Notes: a model not told the origin generated them from the sequence alone. DNA of 24,519 nt from Bryobacteraceae bacterium (GCA_035633775.1 DASQEG010000470.1:1-24519); one strand, 5' to 3'. Counted from the stretch's first letter, positions 1 to 7,600 are shown. Numbers and translations are program-made.

Positions 1-27
1 CTTCGGCCGCCGCAACGTTAGCGCTGG

Positions 28-990
28 TCAGAACCCTTCCCAAACGTAAGCAGAGAACCGCCGGGCCGAACGAAATCCGACGCGCTGGTACAGTCGGATC
101 GCTTCCGTGTTCGATGCTGTGACCGTGAGACTTGCCTTGGCGCAGCCGAGGGTTGAAAGGCTCGCGAGGGCGTGCCTCAGGAGTTCATAGCCCAGCCCTG
201 TGCCGCGCACCTCCGGCGTGACGCAGATCTGGGTGATGTGTCCCGTCTCCTGTGCGACTACGCTGCTGAGAACTACTCCCTTTACCCGATCGTCGGCATC
301 GACAGCGAGCAGTGACGCGGATTCCTGGAAGACGCCACACCCCGGATACTGAATTACATTCGCCAGAAATCGGCGCGCGCCCAGCCACGTCCGGTACTGG
401 TCGTTAATGCGTGCGTCGACATGGCCCTGATAGGACGAGGCGATCGCCATGGCGGCCTCGTCGTGGAGGGCCGAGTCCCAGGTAAGCAGGCGATGTGAAC
501 CGATGTCGTGCGCCGGGAGCTCATCAGTCAGGCCGGTCTCGGCCAGCATCAGCACGCGCGAAAATGCCTGAGCATAACGCGAATAAGGGGTCGTACGGTC
601 AAAAGCGCCGTGGACGAGCATCATCTGCGCTTCGATCCGCCGAATGCCGGGCGTCCGGAACAGGCCGCCGAGGAGCGCACTCAGCAGGATGCCGGCGTTC
701 GCTGCCGTGTCAAACGCCCGAATCAGGTAGAGATCGCCGATCAGCCCTTTGCCGTCCTCGCAAACGTAATAGCCGTAGCCCACCACGCGCCCGGCCAGAA
801 CCAGTGCGTACCCACTCAATGCGTGGATCCGCACAAAGCGCCGCACGAGTTCAGCGGAGGGCTCAAAGTCCCAGTGGAGGGCCGTCCTCCAGGACATGCA
901 CTCCTCCCGGAGCAGCTCCTCAAGATCCGGGAGGGCGATGCGCGTCAGGTCGACCAGTTCGGGCGCGAATCGGTCCGGAGCAGCGGCCAT
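28..990 (-). CDS. GNAT family N-acetyltransferase, about 320 aa, probably tandem GNAT (degenerate N-terminal half, intact C-terminal half)
   Basis: C-terminal acetyl-CoA motif ITQICVTPEVRGTGLGYELL and LTVTASNTEAIRLYQRVGF. Start moved from 1158 to the ATG at 990 (MAAAPDRF): the upstream extension is not protein-like, overlaps the next gene, and a TATAAT lies 7 nt upstream of 990. Confidence 0.85.
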   Translation of the reverse strand: MAAAPDRFAPELVDLTRIALPDLEELLREECMSWRTALHWDFEPSAELVRRFVRIHALSGYALVLAGRVVGYGYYVCEDGKGLIGDLYLIRAFDTAANAGILLSALLGGLFRTPGIRRIEAQMMLVHGAFDRTTPYSRYAQAFSRVLMLAETGLTDELPAHDIGSHRLLTWDSALHDEAAMAIASSYQGHVDARINDQYRTWLGARRFLANVIQYPGCGVFQESASLLAVDADDRVKGVVLSSVVAQETGHITQICVTPEVRGTGLGYELLRHALASLSTLGCAKASLTVTASNTEAIRLYQRVGFRSARRFSAYVWEGF

Positions 991-997
991 TGCCGGT

Positions 998-1026
998 ATT
1001 ATACGTGTCCCGTCATTCTTTTGGAA
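998..1026 (-). promoter_or_regulatory. Putative sigma70 promoter of the GNAT gene (leaderless or near-leaderless transcript)
   Basis: Minus strand reads TTCCAA (1026-1021), a 17-nt spacer, then TATAAT (1003-998), ending 7 nt before the ATG at 990. No Shine-Dalgarno sequence is present. Confidence 0.55.
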
Positions 1027-1127
1027 CCTGGGTGATCCACTCGAAGTGCAGTCTGCGCGACTACTACTGGCGCGCAGATTGGGGAATAGCAAGCTGCGCA
1101 AATTCATCGGATGATGGACGGGAGAAC

Positions 1128-1958
1128 ATGAGGACAAGCAGATTTCTGATGAGCGCACTGAGCGCTCTCGCAGCCGGACAGGTCGCCTGGGCGGGTGTCA
1201 CCATTCCGAACGGTACAAAGCTCAGCTGCCGCCTCGAGCAGACGATCTCGTCGGCAACAGCTGAAGAAGGACAGCAGGTGCAGCTGTCGGTCACTGACCC
1301 GGTCCGTATTAACGGGGTGGTCGTCATTCCGCAGGGCGCGCCGGTGCTCGGCACCATCGTCATGGCACAGGGCAAAAGAAGCATGGGTCGCTCCGGGAAG
1401 CTCGATTTCTCGGTCGACAAGGTGCGTGCAGCGGACGGAGCGTTCGTTCCGTTGCGCTACCACATGAATAAGAAGCAGGGTGAAGGAAAGGGCATGTCCA
1501 CGGGCATCATGACAGCCGGCGCCGCCGTCCTGTTCTGGCCTGCCGCACCCTTTTTCCTGATGCGCAAGGGCAAAGACATAAACATCAACAAGGGGATCGT
1601 TTTCGAGGTTTTCACGGATCAGGATCATGACACCGGCGGTGCCACCGTCTCCGGCCCTGTCGCTCCTGCGCCGCCGCAGACGCTCGCCACCCAGCCTCAG
1701 GTCATGCTCGCCGCACAGCAGCAGGTGGTCCCGGCTGCCGCGACGCCCGCCGAGCTGGCGACGGTGAACATTACGTCCGATTTGCCCGGCGCCGAAGTAG
1801 AGGTGGATGGCGTTTTCGTGGGCAGCACTCCGGCGTCCACGAAGCTTGCGCCTGGAGTACACAAGGTTCAGGTGAAGCATGGCTCTGCCGCATGGAGCCG
1901 CGATTTGATGGTTCAGCCGAACGGAACTGTAAACGTTAACGCAATTCTCAGAAAGTAA
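1128..1958 (+). CDS. Secreted protein with N-terminal TrbI/VirB10-like beta domain and C-terminal PEGA domain, 276 aa
   Basis: GGAG at 1121-1124 precedes ATG 1128. Signal peptide MRTSRFLMSALSALAAGQVAWA. PEGA signature VNITSDLPGAEVEVDGVFVGSTP...LAPGVHKVQV. Pro/Ala/Gln linker. The ORF-track start at 495 is a shadow of the GNAT gene. Confidence 0.8.
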   Translation: MRTSRFLMSALSALAAGQVAWAGVTIPNGTKLSCRLEQTISSATAEEGQQVQLSVTDPVRINGVVVIPQGAPVLGTIVMAQGKRSMGRSGKLDFSVDKVRAADGAFVPLRYHMNKKQGEGKGMSTGIMTAGAAVLFWPAAPFFLMRKGKDININKGIVFEVFTDQDHDTGGATVSGPVAPAPPQTLATQPQVMLAAQQQVVPAAATPAELATVNITSDLPGAEVEVDGVFVGSTPASTKLAPGVHKVQVKHGSAAWSRDLMVQPNGTVNVNAILRK

Positions 1959-1974
1959 GCTCTTCTCCACTCAT

Positions 1975-2008
1975 GAGGGGGGCCGCATTGGCCCTCCTCG
2001 ATTTTATT
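1975..2008 (+). terminator. Intrinsic terminator after the PEGA gene
   Basis: 10-bp stem GAGGGGGGCC (1975-1984) / GGCCCTCCTC (1990-1999) with one G-U pair, loop GCATT, followed by GATTTTATT. Confidence 0.7.
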
Positions 2009-2082
2009 CACGTCACACCGTCGCCGTTGTCCCCTGCGGCCCTGCCGTTTGCGCTTATGATGTTGTCACAAGACGAGCGCAT

Positions 2083-4902
2083 ATGCCGACCAATTTCAGA
2101 GAATTCTTTCCCCAGGAACTTGCCTCCCTGCTCGCGGCATTTCCATTCCAGCGCAGAATCACGAACGTCCACCTGCACCATACATGGCGTCCCAATCACT
2201 CTCAATTTCGCGGACTTACGTCAATCGAGAGCATGGACCGCTTCCATACGGAACAGGGATTTGGCGGGCTTGCACAGCATTTGACGCTGGCGCCTTCCGG
2301 ATCTTTATGGACCGGGCGCGACTGGAATCGCAGGCCCGCTTCCGCACGGGGCTTTAATGGCAACAATATCGCCGGCCCGTTTATGATCGAGATGGTCGGT
2401 GATTTCGACAGCGGCAAGGATCCGTTCATCGATCCGCAACGCAGCAGTGCTATTGAAACAGTCGCTACACTTCTGCGGTTTTTCGGCTTGCCGGTAAGCA
2501 GTCTGCGATTCCACAACCACATGTCGTCCAAGACGTGTCCGGGCTCGGGCCTCGACTATGACGGCTTCTGCGGTGAGGTCGAGGCGGCGATGAGCGCACG
2601 GCGTGATCTGTCGTCAGGCACCGGCGGCGAGCGCGGGCCTTTTCCCGAGTCGGCGCGTCTCGGCGCTCCGAACTCTTCACGGATTAGCGACCTGGTGGAT
2701 TCGTTGCGCGCGACTACGGGCGGGGCGCGCGATCTGGAATCTGATGCTGAGCCTCCAGAGGAACTTGCGGACCGGGACACGATCCTGATGATGCGTGGCG
2801 AAGGTGTTCCGTCCGGTGCACGCGGGGGTGACCGTGACCTAACGTCGGACGAGTTGGAAGAACTGCGGCCTTACGCCATCAATCTCCGTCAGGGCCGGCT
2901 CTCGAAAGGAGGCATCTTCAACACATCGAAGGGCCACGTTGAAGCGATTTTCCGTGAGCATCTGGTGCGTGCCTATGATTCGAAGCCCCAAGGTGATCCG
3001 CTGCGGATTGTGCTCTGGGCGCACGGCGGGCTGGTGAGCGAAGCAAAGGGCCTCGGCATTGCACATCTGCAGCACAAATGGTGGCTGTCCAATGGATGCT
3101 ATCCAATCCACTTTATTTGGGAATCGGGGCTGCTCGAAACATTGCTGCCCTTCTTCGGCCGTGGTGTTACGCGTGATTTCTTCGATTTCACCAGCGATTT
3201 TGCAATTGAGCAGGCGGTTCGAGTTCCTGGCAGCGGTATATGGGGGCTGATGAAGCTAAGTGCCGAAGCCGCTTCGACTGCTGAAGACGGAGGCGCCCTG
3301 CTGGCAGCACGCCTGCTTGCCGAATTCTGCAGCTCACGGCCGGAGGTGGAACTGTATGCGTGTGGCCACAGTGCCGGCTCGATTTTTCACAACCACTTTC
3401 TTCCCGCGTGCCGGGCGTCAGGCGTGCCGAACTTCGAGTGGGTCCACTACCTGGCCCCTGCTGTTCGGGTGAACAACTTTCTCGAGAAGCTGCATCCGCT
3501 CGTCGGCGATTACGTAAAGCGCATCTCAATTTACACGATGCACGAGGCGCTTGAGAAGGACGACAACGTGGCGCGTGTATATCGGAAGAGCCTGCTCTAT
3601 CTGATTCGAAATGCGCTTAACCTCGAGTTCCGTTCCGACATCCTGGGTCTGGAGGAGTGCCTGCTTGAGAACGATCAGCTGAAAGCGACCTTCGGGCTCG
3701 CAGGGCACAGTTCCGCCGCAGGCGATTGTGTCTTCTCGAAGACCTCGTCCGACAGCGGCCGAAATGCGAGCCGGTCTACAACACATGGCGGCTTCGACAA
3801 CGATCGGCCCACCATGCACTCGATTGCTCGCCGCGTGCTGAAGATGAACGATTCGGACCCACTTAAGGCCGACTTTCCCGTGCAGGCCAGCCGGGATCTG
3901 TTTGCGGGCATGGAGTTTCCGATGCCTGCCGTGCCGTCCGTATCCACCTCGATGCCCCAGGCAACTGCGGCAGTCGCAGCCGGATGTACCGTCCCCAGCC
4001 GCGGTGGAAGTGGCGGTAAGACGATTGCGCTTTGTGTGGGCATCGACACCTATCCCACTGCCCCTCTGAACGGTTGCGTCCATGACGCACGACTTTGGGC
4101 GTCGACGTTCCGAGACCTCGGCTTTGATGAAGTACGCATGCTCGTGAACAGCGAGGCTACGCACGCCCGCATGACGGCCGAACTGACGCGGCTTGTCTCC
4201 GAGGCTCAGTCCGGCGACTGCATTGTCTTTCAGTACGCAGGCCACGGAACGCACGTGCCTGACATGGAGGGCGATGAAGAAAAAGGCGAGGACCAGGCGT
4301 TTGTTCCTGTCGATTACGAGGCAGGCAGGCACCTGATCGATGACGAGGTAAGGCTCATCTTCTCGCGAAAGAGTCCCGGCGTGAATCTTACCTGCTTCAT
4401 CGACTGCTGCCACTCGGGGACCATCACGCGCATGCTCGGTGGAGGTCGACCGCCCTTCGCGCCGGGCGAGAACGCGCGCTTCCTCAAACTGACAGACACC
4501 GAAAAGGACAGGTACCGCGAGTTCCGGAGCACGCACCCGGTGAGCAGGGCGCAGCCGGGGTTCTATGCCGTGTCCTTCTCCGCATGTCAGGACCACGAAG
4601 TAGCGCTTGAGAATGCAGGCCAGGGTGATTTCACTCGCAGGGCAGTGCCGCTCCTCCGCAGCGGTTTTCGCAAGATGTCGCACGCCGATTTCCAGCGTCA
4701 GGTGGTTGGGGCGTTCGGCTCCGCACCGCGGCAGAACCCTAAACTTGACTGCGATGCAGCTGTCACGAACAATGTCCTGCTGGCATGCGTGGCGCCGTCG
4801 GGTCAAATTAAAGCTGTGTCCTCCGGGGGAGGCGTCGACGTCGTGGATCGTATCCAGGCCGGCCTGCGGCAGATCAGTCTTGATCTTGAAACCCTGAGGT
4901 AA
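2083..4902 (+). CDS. Three-enzyme fusion, 939 aa: Amidase_2/PGRP-like N-acetylmuramoyl-L-alanine amidase (aa ~22-165), alpha/beta hydrolase (aa ~255-590), metacaspase/peptidase C14 (aa ~646-900)
   Basis: Amidase: VHLHHT (H32/H33), E103 in MIEMVG, H144-x7-C152 in HNHMSSKTCPG. Hydrolase: HGG 314-316, GHSAG with S430, D493/D494, H568 in THGGFDND. Caspase: IALCVGIDTY, QYAGHG (H721), IDCCHSG (C776), FSACQDHE. No signal peptide. Confidence 0.9.
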   Translation: MPTNFREFFPQELASLLAAFPFQRRITNVHLHHTWRPNHSQFRGLTSIESMDRFHTEQGFGGLAQHLTLAPSGSLWTGRDWNRRPASARGFNGNNIAGPFMIEMVGDFDSGKDPFIDPQRSSAIETVATLLRFFGLPVSSLRFHNHMSSKTCPGSGLDYDGFCGEVEAAMSARRDLSSGTGGERGPFPESARLGAPNSSRISDLVDSLRATTGGARDLESDAEPPEELADRDTILMMRGEGVPSGARGGDRDLTSDELEELRPYAINLRQGRLSKGGIFNTSKGHVEAIFREHLVRAYDSKPQGDPLRIVLWAHGGLVSEAKGLGIAHLQHKWWLSNGCYPIHFIWESGLLETLLPFFGRGVTRDFFDFTSDFAIEQAVRVPGSGIWGLMKLSAEAASTAEDGGALLAARLLAEFCSSRPEVELYACGHSAGSIFHNHFLPACRASGVPNFEWVHYLAPAVRVNNFLEKLHPLVGDYVKRISIYTMHEALEKDDNVARVYRKSLLYLIRNALNLEFRSDILGLEECLLENDQLKATFGLAGHSSAAGDCVFSKTSSDSGRNASRSTTHGGFDNDRPTMHSIARRVLKMNDSDPLKADFPVQASRDLFAGMEFPMPAVPSVSTSMPQATAAVAAGCTVPSRGGSGGKTIALCVGIDTYPTAPLNGCVHDARLWASTFRDLGFDEVRMLVNSEATHARMTAELTRLVSEAQSGDCIVFQYAGHGTHVPDMEGDEEKGEDQAFVPVDYEAGRHLIDDEVRLIFSRKSPGVNLTCFIDCCHSGTITRMLGGGRPPFAPGENARFLKLTDTEKDRYREFRSTHPVSRAQPGFYAVSFSACQDHEVALENAGQGDFTRRAVPLLRSGFRKMSHADFQRQVVGAFGSAPRQNPKLDCDAAVTNNVLLACVAPSGQIKAVSSGGGVDVVDRIQAGLRQISLDLETLR

Positions 4903-4909
4903 AGAGCGA

Positions 4910-6544
4910 ATGGAGTTTCAATGGGGCAGCAGGATCACCAAGCCTGCCAATTGCATTCCCTATGAGCGGACGGCGGATGACCCTGTCTTCCGTCCGCTCC
5001 GCATCTTCGCCGTCGACCCGCTGGTGTCTCAGTTCGAAGGCGCGATAGCTACCGTTCAGGTCCCGTACGAGCCGCTGAAGCCGGGCCCTGTCGGTAGCAC
5101 CATGGAAGTTCTCTGTCACGACGGGTATCAGGAGAACGAGCCCGCCGATCTCGACAACCCGCGAGTCCTGATTGAGAACGGGTACGCTCCATCGGTAACG
5201 AACCCGAAGTTCCATCACCAGATGACGTATGCAGTTGCATCGCTGATCTGTGCAGCGTTTCGCAAAGCGCTCGGGCGGCAGATTCTCTGGGGCTTTGACG
5301 CACCGCGCCTGCGAATACGGCCTCACGTTCCCGGAGTGGCGGATGCGTGCTACGACAAGGCAACGGGAGAACTGCGCTTCGGCTACAGCAAGGATGGTGA
5401 CGGGCGGTACGTGTTCGCAGCCCTGTCCCACGACGTGATTGCACACGAGTGTGCCCATGCGCTGCTCGATGCGCTTCGCACTCACCTCAACTTGCGTTCG
5501 AATCCGGACGTTGAGGCTTTCCACGAAGGTTTCGCCGACCTTGTCGCACTCCTGCAACACTTCACCTATCCAGAGGTAGTGCGCGCCGCGATTCAGAAGG
5601 CCGGCGGGAACCTGGCGCGCGCGAGTCTGCTGACCGAGATCGCCAGCGTGCTCGGCTACAACATCCCTGCAGCAGCCGAGCGCACCGGAGTGCGGAGCGG
5701 TGTCCGTGTCGAGGCGGAGAACGTTGACGACCCGCACACTCGCGGATCAAGGCTGGTTGTAGCGGTCTTCGACGCGTATCTCACGCTATTCCGTCGCAAG
5801 ACGGCACCCTTCATCCGGCTGGCAACGGGTGGCACGGGAGTACTTCCGCCCGGTGCACTGCCGTACGACCTGGTCGAGGTGCTGGCAAAGCGCGCATCGC
5901 GACTGGCAGAGCAGATCCTGCGCATCTGCATTCGTGCTATCGACTACTGCCCGCCCGTCGATCTGGAGTTGGGTGAGTTCCTCCGTGCGATGATCACGGC
6001 GGATCGGGACGTTGCGCCGAACGATCCGTACGGATATCGTGAGGCGTTCATCGATGCATTTCGCAAACAGGGCATCTACCCAAGCGGCGTGAGCATGCTC
6101 AGCGAAGACGCGCTTGTCTGGGGCACGCCCGAGATGCGTATTCCCTCCATAGACGATCTGACGTTTGCTCAACTGCAGTTCCGTGGCGATCCTGCGACTC
6201 CGGCCAGCCTTGACGAGATTCAGAGGCAGGCCACCGCTCTGGGCAGGATCGTCACAGACAGGCGCTACGCCTATGTATTCGGGTTGAGTCCGAGTGATCA
6301 GGGCGCCAGTCCTGCAAGCATCGAATCGATCCGCACAGCGCGGCGGATCGGGCCGTACGAGTCAGTCGTCTTCGATCTGGTCGCCGAAGTAACACAGGTC
6401 CGGGTACACGATGGCATCAGAGTTTATGGGGGCTCAACGATCATCATCGACCCCGAGGGGCGGGTGCGGTACAGCATTGCCAAGAACGTCCTCAGCCGGC
6501 GTCGGTGGGAGGCGCACCGTGAATACCAACACGACGCCCGTTAG
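4910..6544 (+). CDS. Zinc metallopeptidase (gluzincin, M4/M36-like fold) without signal or propeptide, 544 aa
   Basis: HDVIAHECAHALLD (H179-E180-H183) and FHEGFAD (E206, third ligand). Starts 7 nt after the fusion stop, with GAGG at 4896-4899. N-terminus is hydrophilic. Confidence 0.85.
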   Translation: MEFQWGSRITKPANCIPYERTADDPVFRPLRIFAVDPLVSQFEGAIATVQVPYEPLKPGPVGSTMEVLCHDGYQENEPADLDNPRVLIENGYAPSVTNPKFHHQMTYAVASLICAAFRKALGRQILWGFDAPRLRIRPHVPGVADACYDKATGELRFGYSKDGDGRYVFAALSHDVIAHECAHALLDALRTHLNLRSNPDVEAFHEGFADLVALLQHFTYPEVVRAAIQKAGGNLARASLLTEIASVLGYNIPAAAERTGVRSGVRVEAENVDDPHTRGSRLVVAVFDAYLTLFRRKTAPFIRLATGGTGVLPPGALPYDLVEVLAKRASRLAEQILRICIRAIDYCPPVDLELGEFLRAMITADRDVAPNDPYGYREAFIDAFRKQGIYPSGVSMLSEDALVWGTPEMRIPSIDDLTFAQLQFRGDPATPASLDEIQRQATALGRIVTDRRYAYVFGLSPSDQGASPASIESIRTARRIGPYESVVFDLVAEVTQVRVHDGIRVYGGSTIIIDPEGRVRYSIAKNVLSRRRWEAHREYQHDAR

Positions 6545-6596
6545 CTGCCGCATGGTCCTTGCAGCATCAACGGTGAGGTCGCAGACCCGCGCAGGT

Positions 6597-6602
6597 TATA
6601 AT
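6597..6602 (+). promoter_or_regulatory. Possible -10 box for the small ORF-wzm-sulfatase unit
   Basis: Perfect TATAAT in an AT-rich patch 35 nt before ATG 6638. No convincing -35. Confidence 0.35.
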
Positions 6603-6637
6603 TCGAGTTACATCTAATTGCGGAGCTTTCCCGACCC

Positions 6638-6769
6638 ATGCAGGCGGACCTTTTCCTGGCGTGTTTATTGATTTGTCTCGGCGCTATGCTGGCATATATT
6701 GCCGATGAGCGCTACAGCTTTACCCCACGTATCGCCGAGTGGCTGGGCCGGGTCATCGACCAGGGCTGA
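6638..6769 (+). CDS. Putative small single-pass membrane protein, 43 aa (MQADLFLACLLICLGAMLAYIADERYSFTPRIAEWLGRVIDQG)
   Basis: Translated by hand because it is below the ORF-track cutoff. ATG 6638 to TGA 6767-6769, GGAG at 6622-6625, an 18-aa hydrophobic stretch then an amphipathic tail. It fills the gap and ends 9 nt before wzm. Confidence 0.55.
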   Translation: MQADLFLACLLICLGAMLAYIADERYSFTPRIAEWLGRVIDQG

Positions 6770-6778
6770 CACCTGCTC

Positions 6779-7585
6779 ATGAGGATCCCTGGCAGACATT
6801 TTCTGCGGAATCTGTTTGCTGGCCGGACGCTGCTTTTTCAGCTTGTCCGGCGTGACTTCCGCCAGCGTTTCGTCGGTTCAGCAGCGGGCTGGCTCTGGGG
6901 TCTGATTCAGCCCATCGTCCTTCTCGCCAGCTATAGCTTCGTTTTCCAGGTCTGTCTGCGCATGGAGCCGCCTCCTGATGCAGGGACCAGCAACTACACC
7001 ATATATCTGTTTTGCGGATTCCTTCCGTGGCTTCTGTTTCAGGAGACGGTGACCCGGTCGGCATCATCGCTGCTGGAGAACGCAAGCCTGATCACGAAGA
7101 CGGTTTTTCCGTCCGAGATCGTGCCACTGGCCATCTTCCTCTCGTCATTGATCAGCCATCTTCTGGCCCTCGCACTGGTGCTGGCCGCAGTGGCCATCTG
7201 GGGTGGCGGATTGAGCCCAATGGCGGTGCTTCTGCCCGTTTACATGGCATTGCTCGGGTTGCTCGCTGTCGGGATTGGCTGGATTGTATCGAGCCTCCAG
7301 GTGTACCTTCGCGATACCGCTCAGATGCTGGTGGTCGTGATGACATTCTGGTTCTGGATGACGCCGATCTTCATCGACGCGGCAATGATTCCACCGCAGC
7401 TTCGGTTCGTTGTTCGGTGGAATCCGCTGGCCGGGATCGTTCAGGGTTATCGGGAACGACTTCTCAGGCCGGATCTGCCGGGAGCAGGTGATCTCCTCCT
7501 GCTGGCAGCGGTGTCAGCATCCGTCTTCATCGCCGGGGGCCTCTTCTTCCGACAATTGAAGCGGGGCTTCGCAGATGTCCTCTGA
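6779..7585 (+). CDS. wzm: ABC-2 type polysaccharide export permease (Wzm/RfbA/TagG-like), 268 aa
   Basis: LVRRDFRQRFVGSAAGWLWGLIQP, YLFCGFLPWLLFQE, NASLITKTVFP, YLRDTAQ, WNPLAGIVQGYR. About six hydrophobic segments. Confidence 0.85.
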   Translation: MRIPGRHFLRNLFAGRTLLFQLVRRDFRQRFVGSAAGWLWGLIQPIVLLASYSFVFQVCLRMEPPPDAGTSNYTIYLFCGFLPWLLFQETVTRSASSLLENASLITKTVFPSEIVPLAIFLSSLISHLLALALVLAAVAIWGGGLSPMAVLLPVYMALLGLLAVGIGWIVSSLQVYLRDTAQMLVVVMTFWFWMTPIFIDAAMIPPQLRFVVRWNPLAGIVQGYRERLLRPDLPGAGDLLLLAAVSASVFIAGGLFFRQLKRGFADVL

Positions 7586-7600
7586 CCGCTGAGATTACTT

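Noticed and set aside
495-1127. 5' extension of the 487-aa ORF and the 56-aa extension of the GNAT ORF
   Set aside because: Each is the antisense shadow of the opposite gene or intergenic sequence. Better starts with RBS or promoter support exist at 1128 and 990.
2056-2061. TATGAT as the promoter of the cassette
   Set aside because: Plausible -10, but no -35 at correct spacing and no extended TG. Too weak to list as a feature.
3526-5737. Long antisense ORFs 3526-4806 (426 aa) and 4874-5737 (287 aa) as antitoxin or overlapping genes
   Set aside because: They lie fully opposite well-supported genes and show no motifs. Such shadows are expected in GC-rich DNA, as at 7595-8788, 9301-10203 and 21182-22348.
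1959-6640. Mobile-element or island boundaries around the caspase cassette
   Set aside because: No integrase, transposase, tRNA or flanking direct or inverted repeat was seen. Any composition shift was not computed, so horizontal acquisition is unsupported from this window alone.
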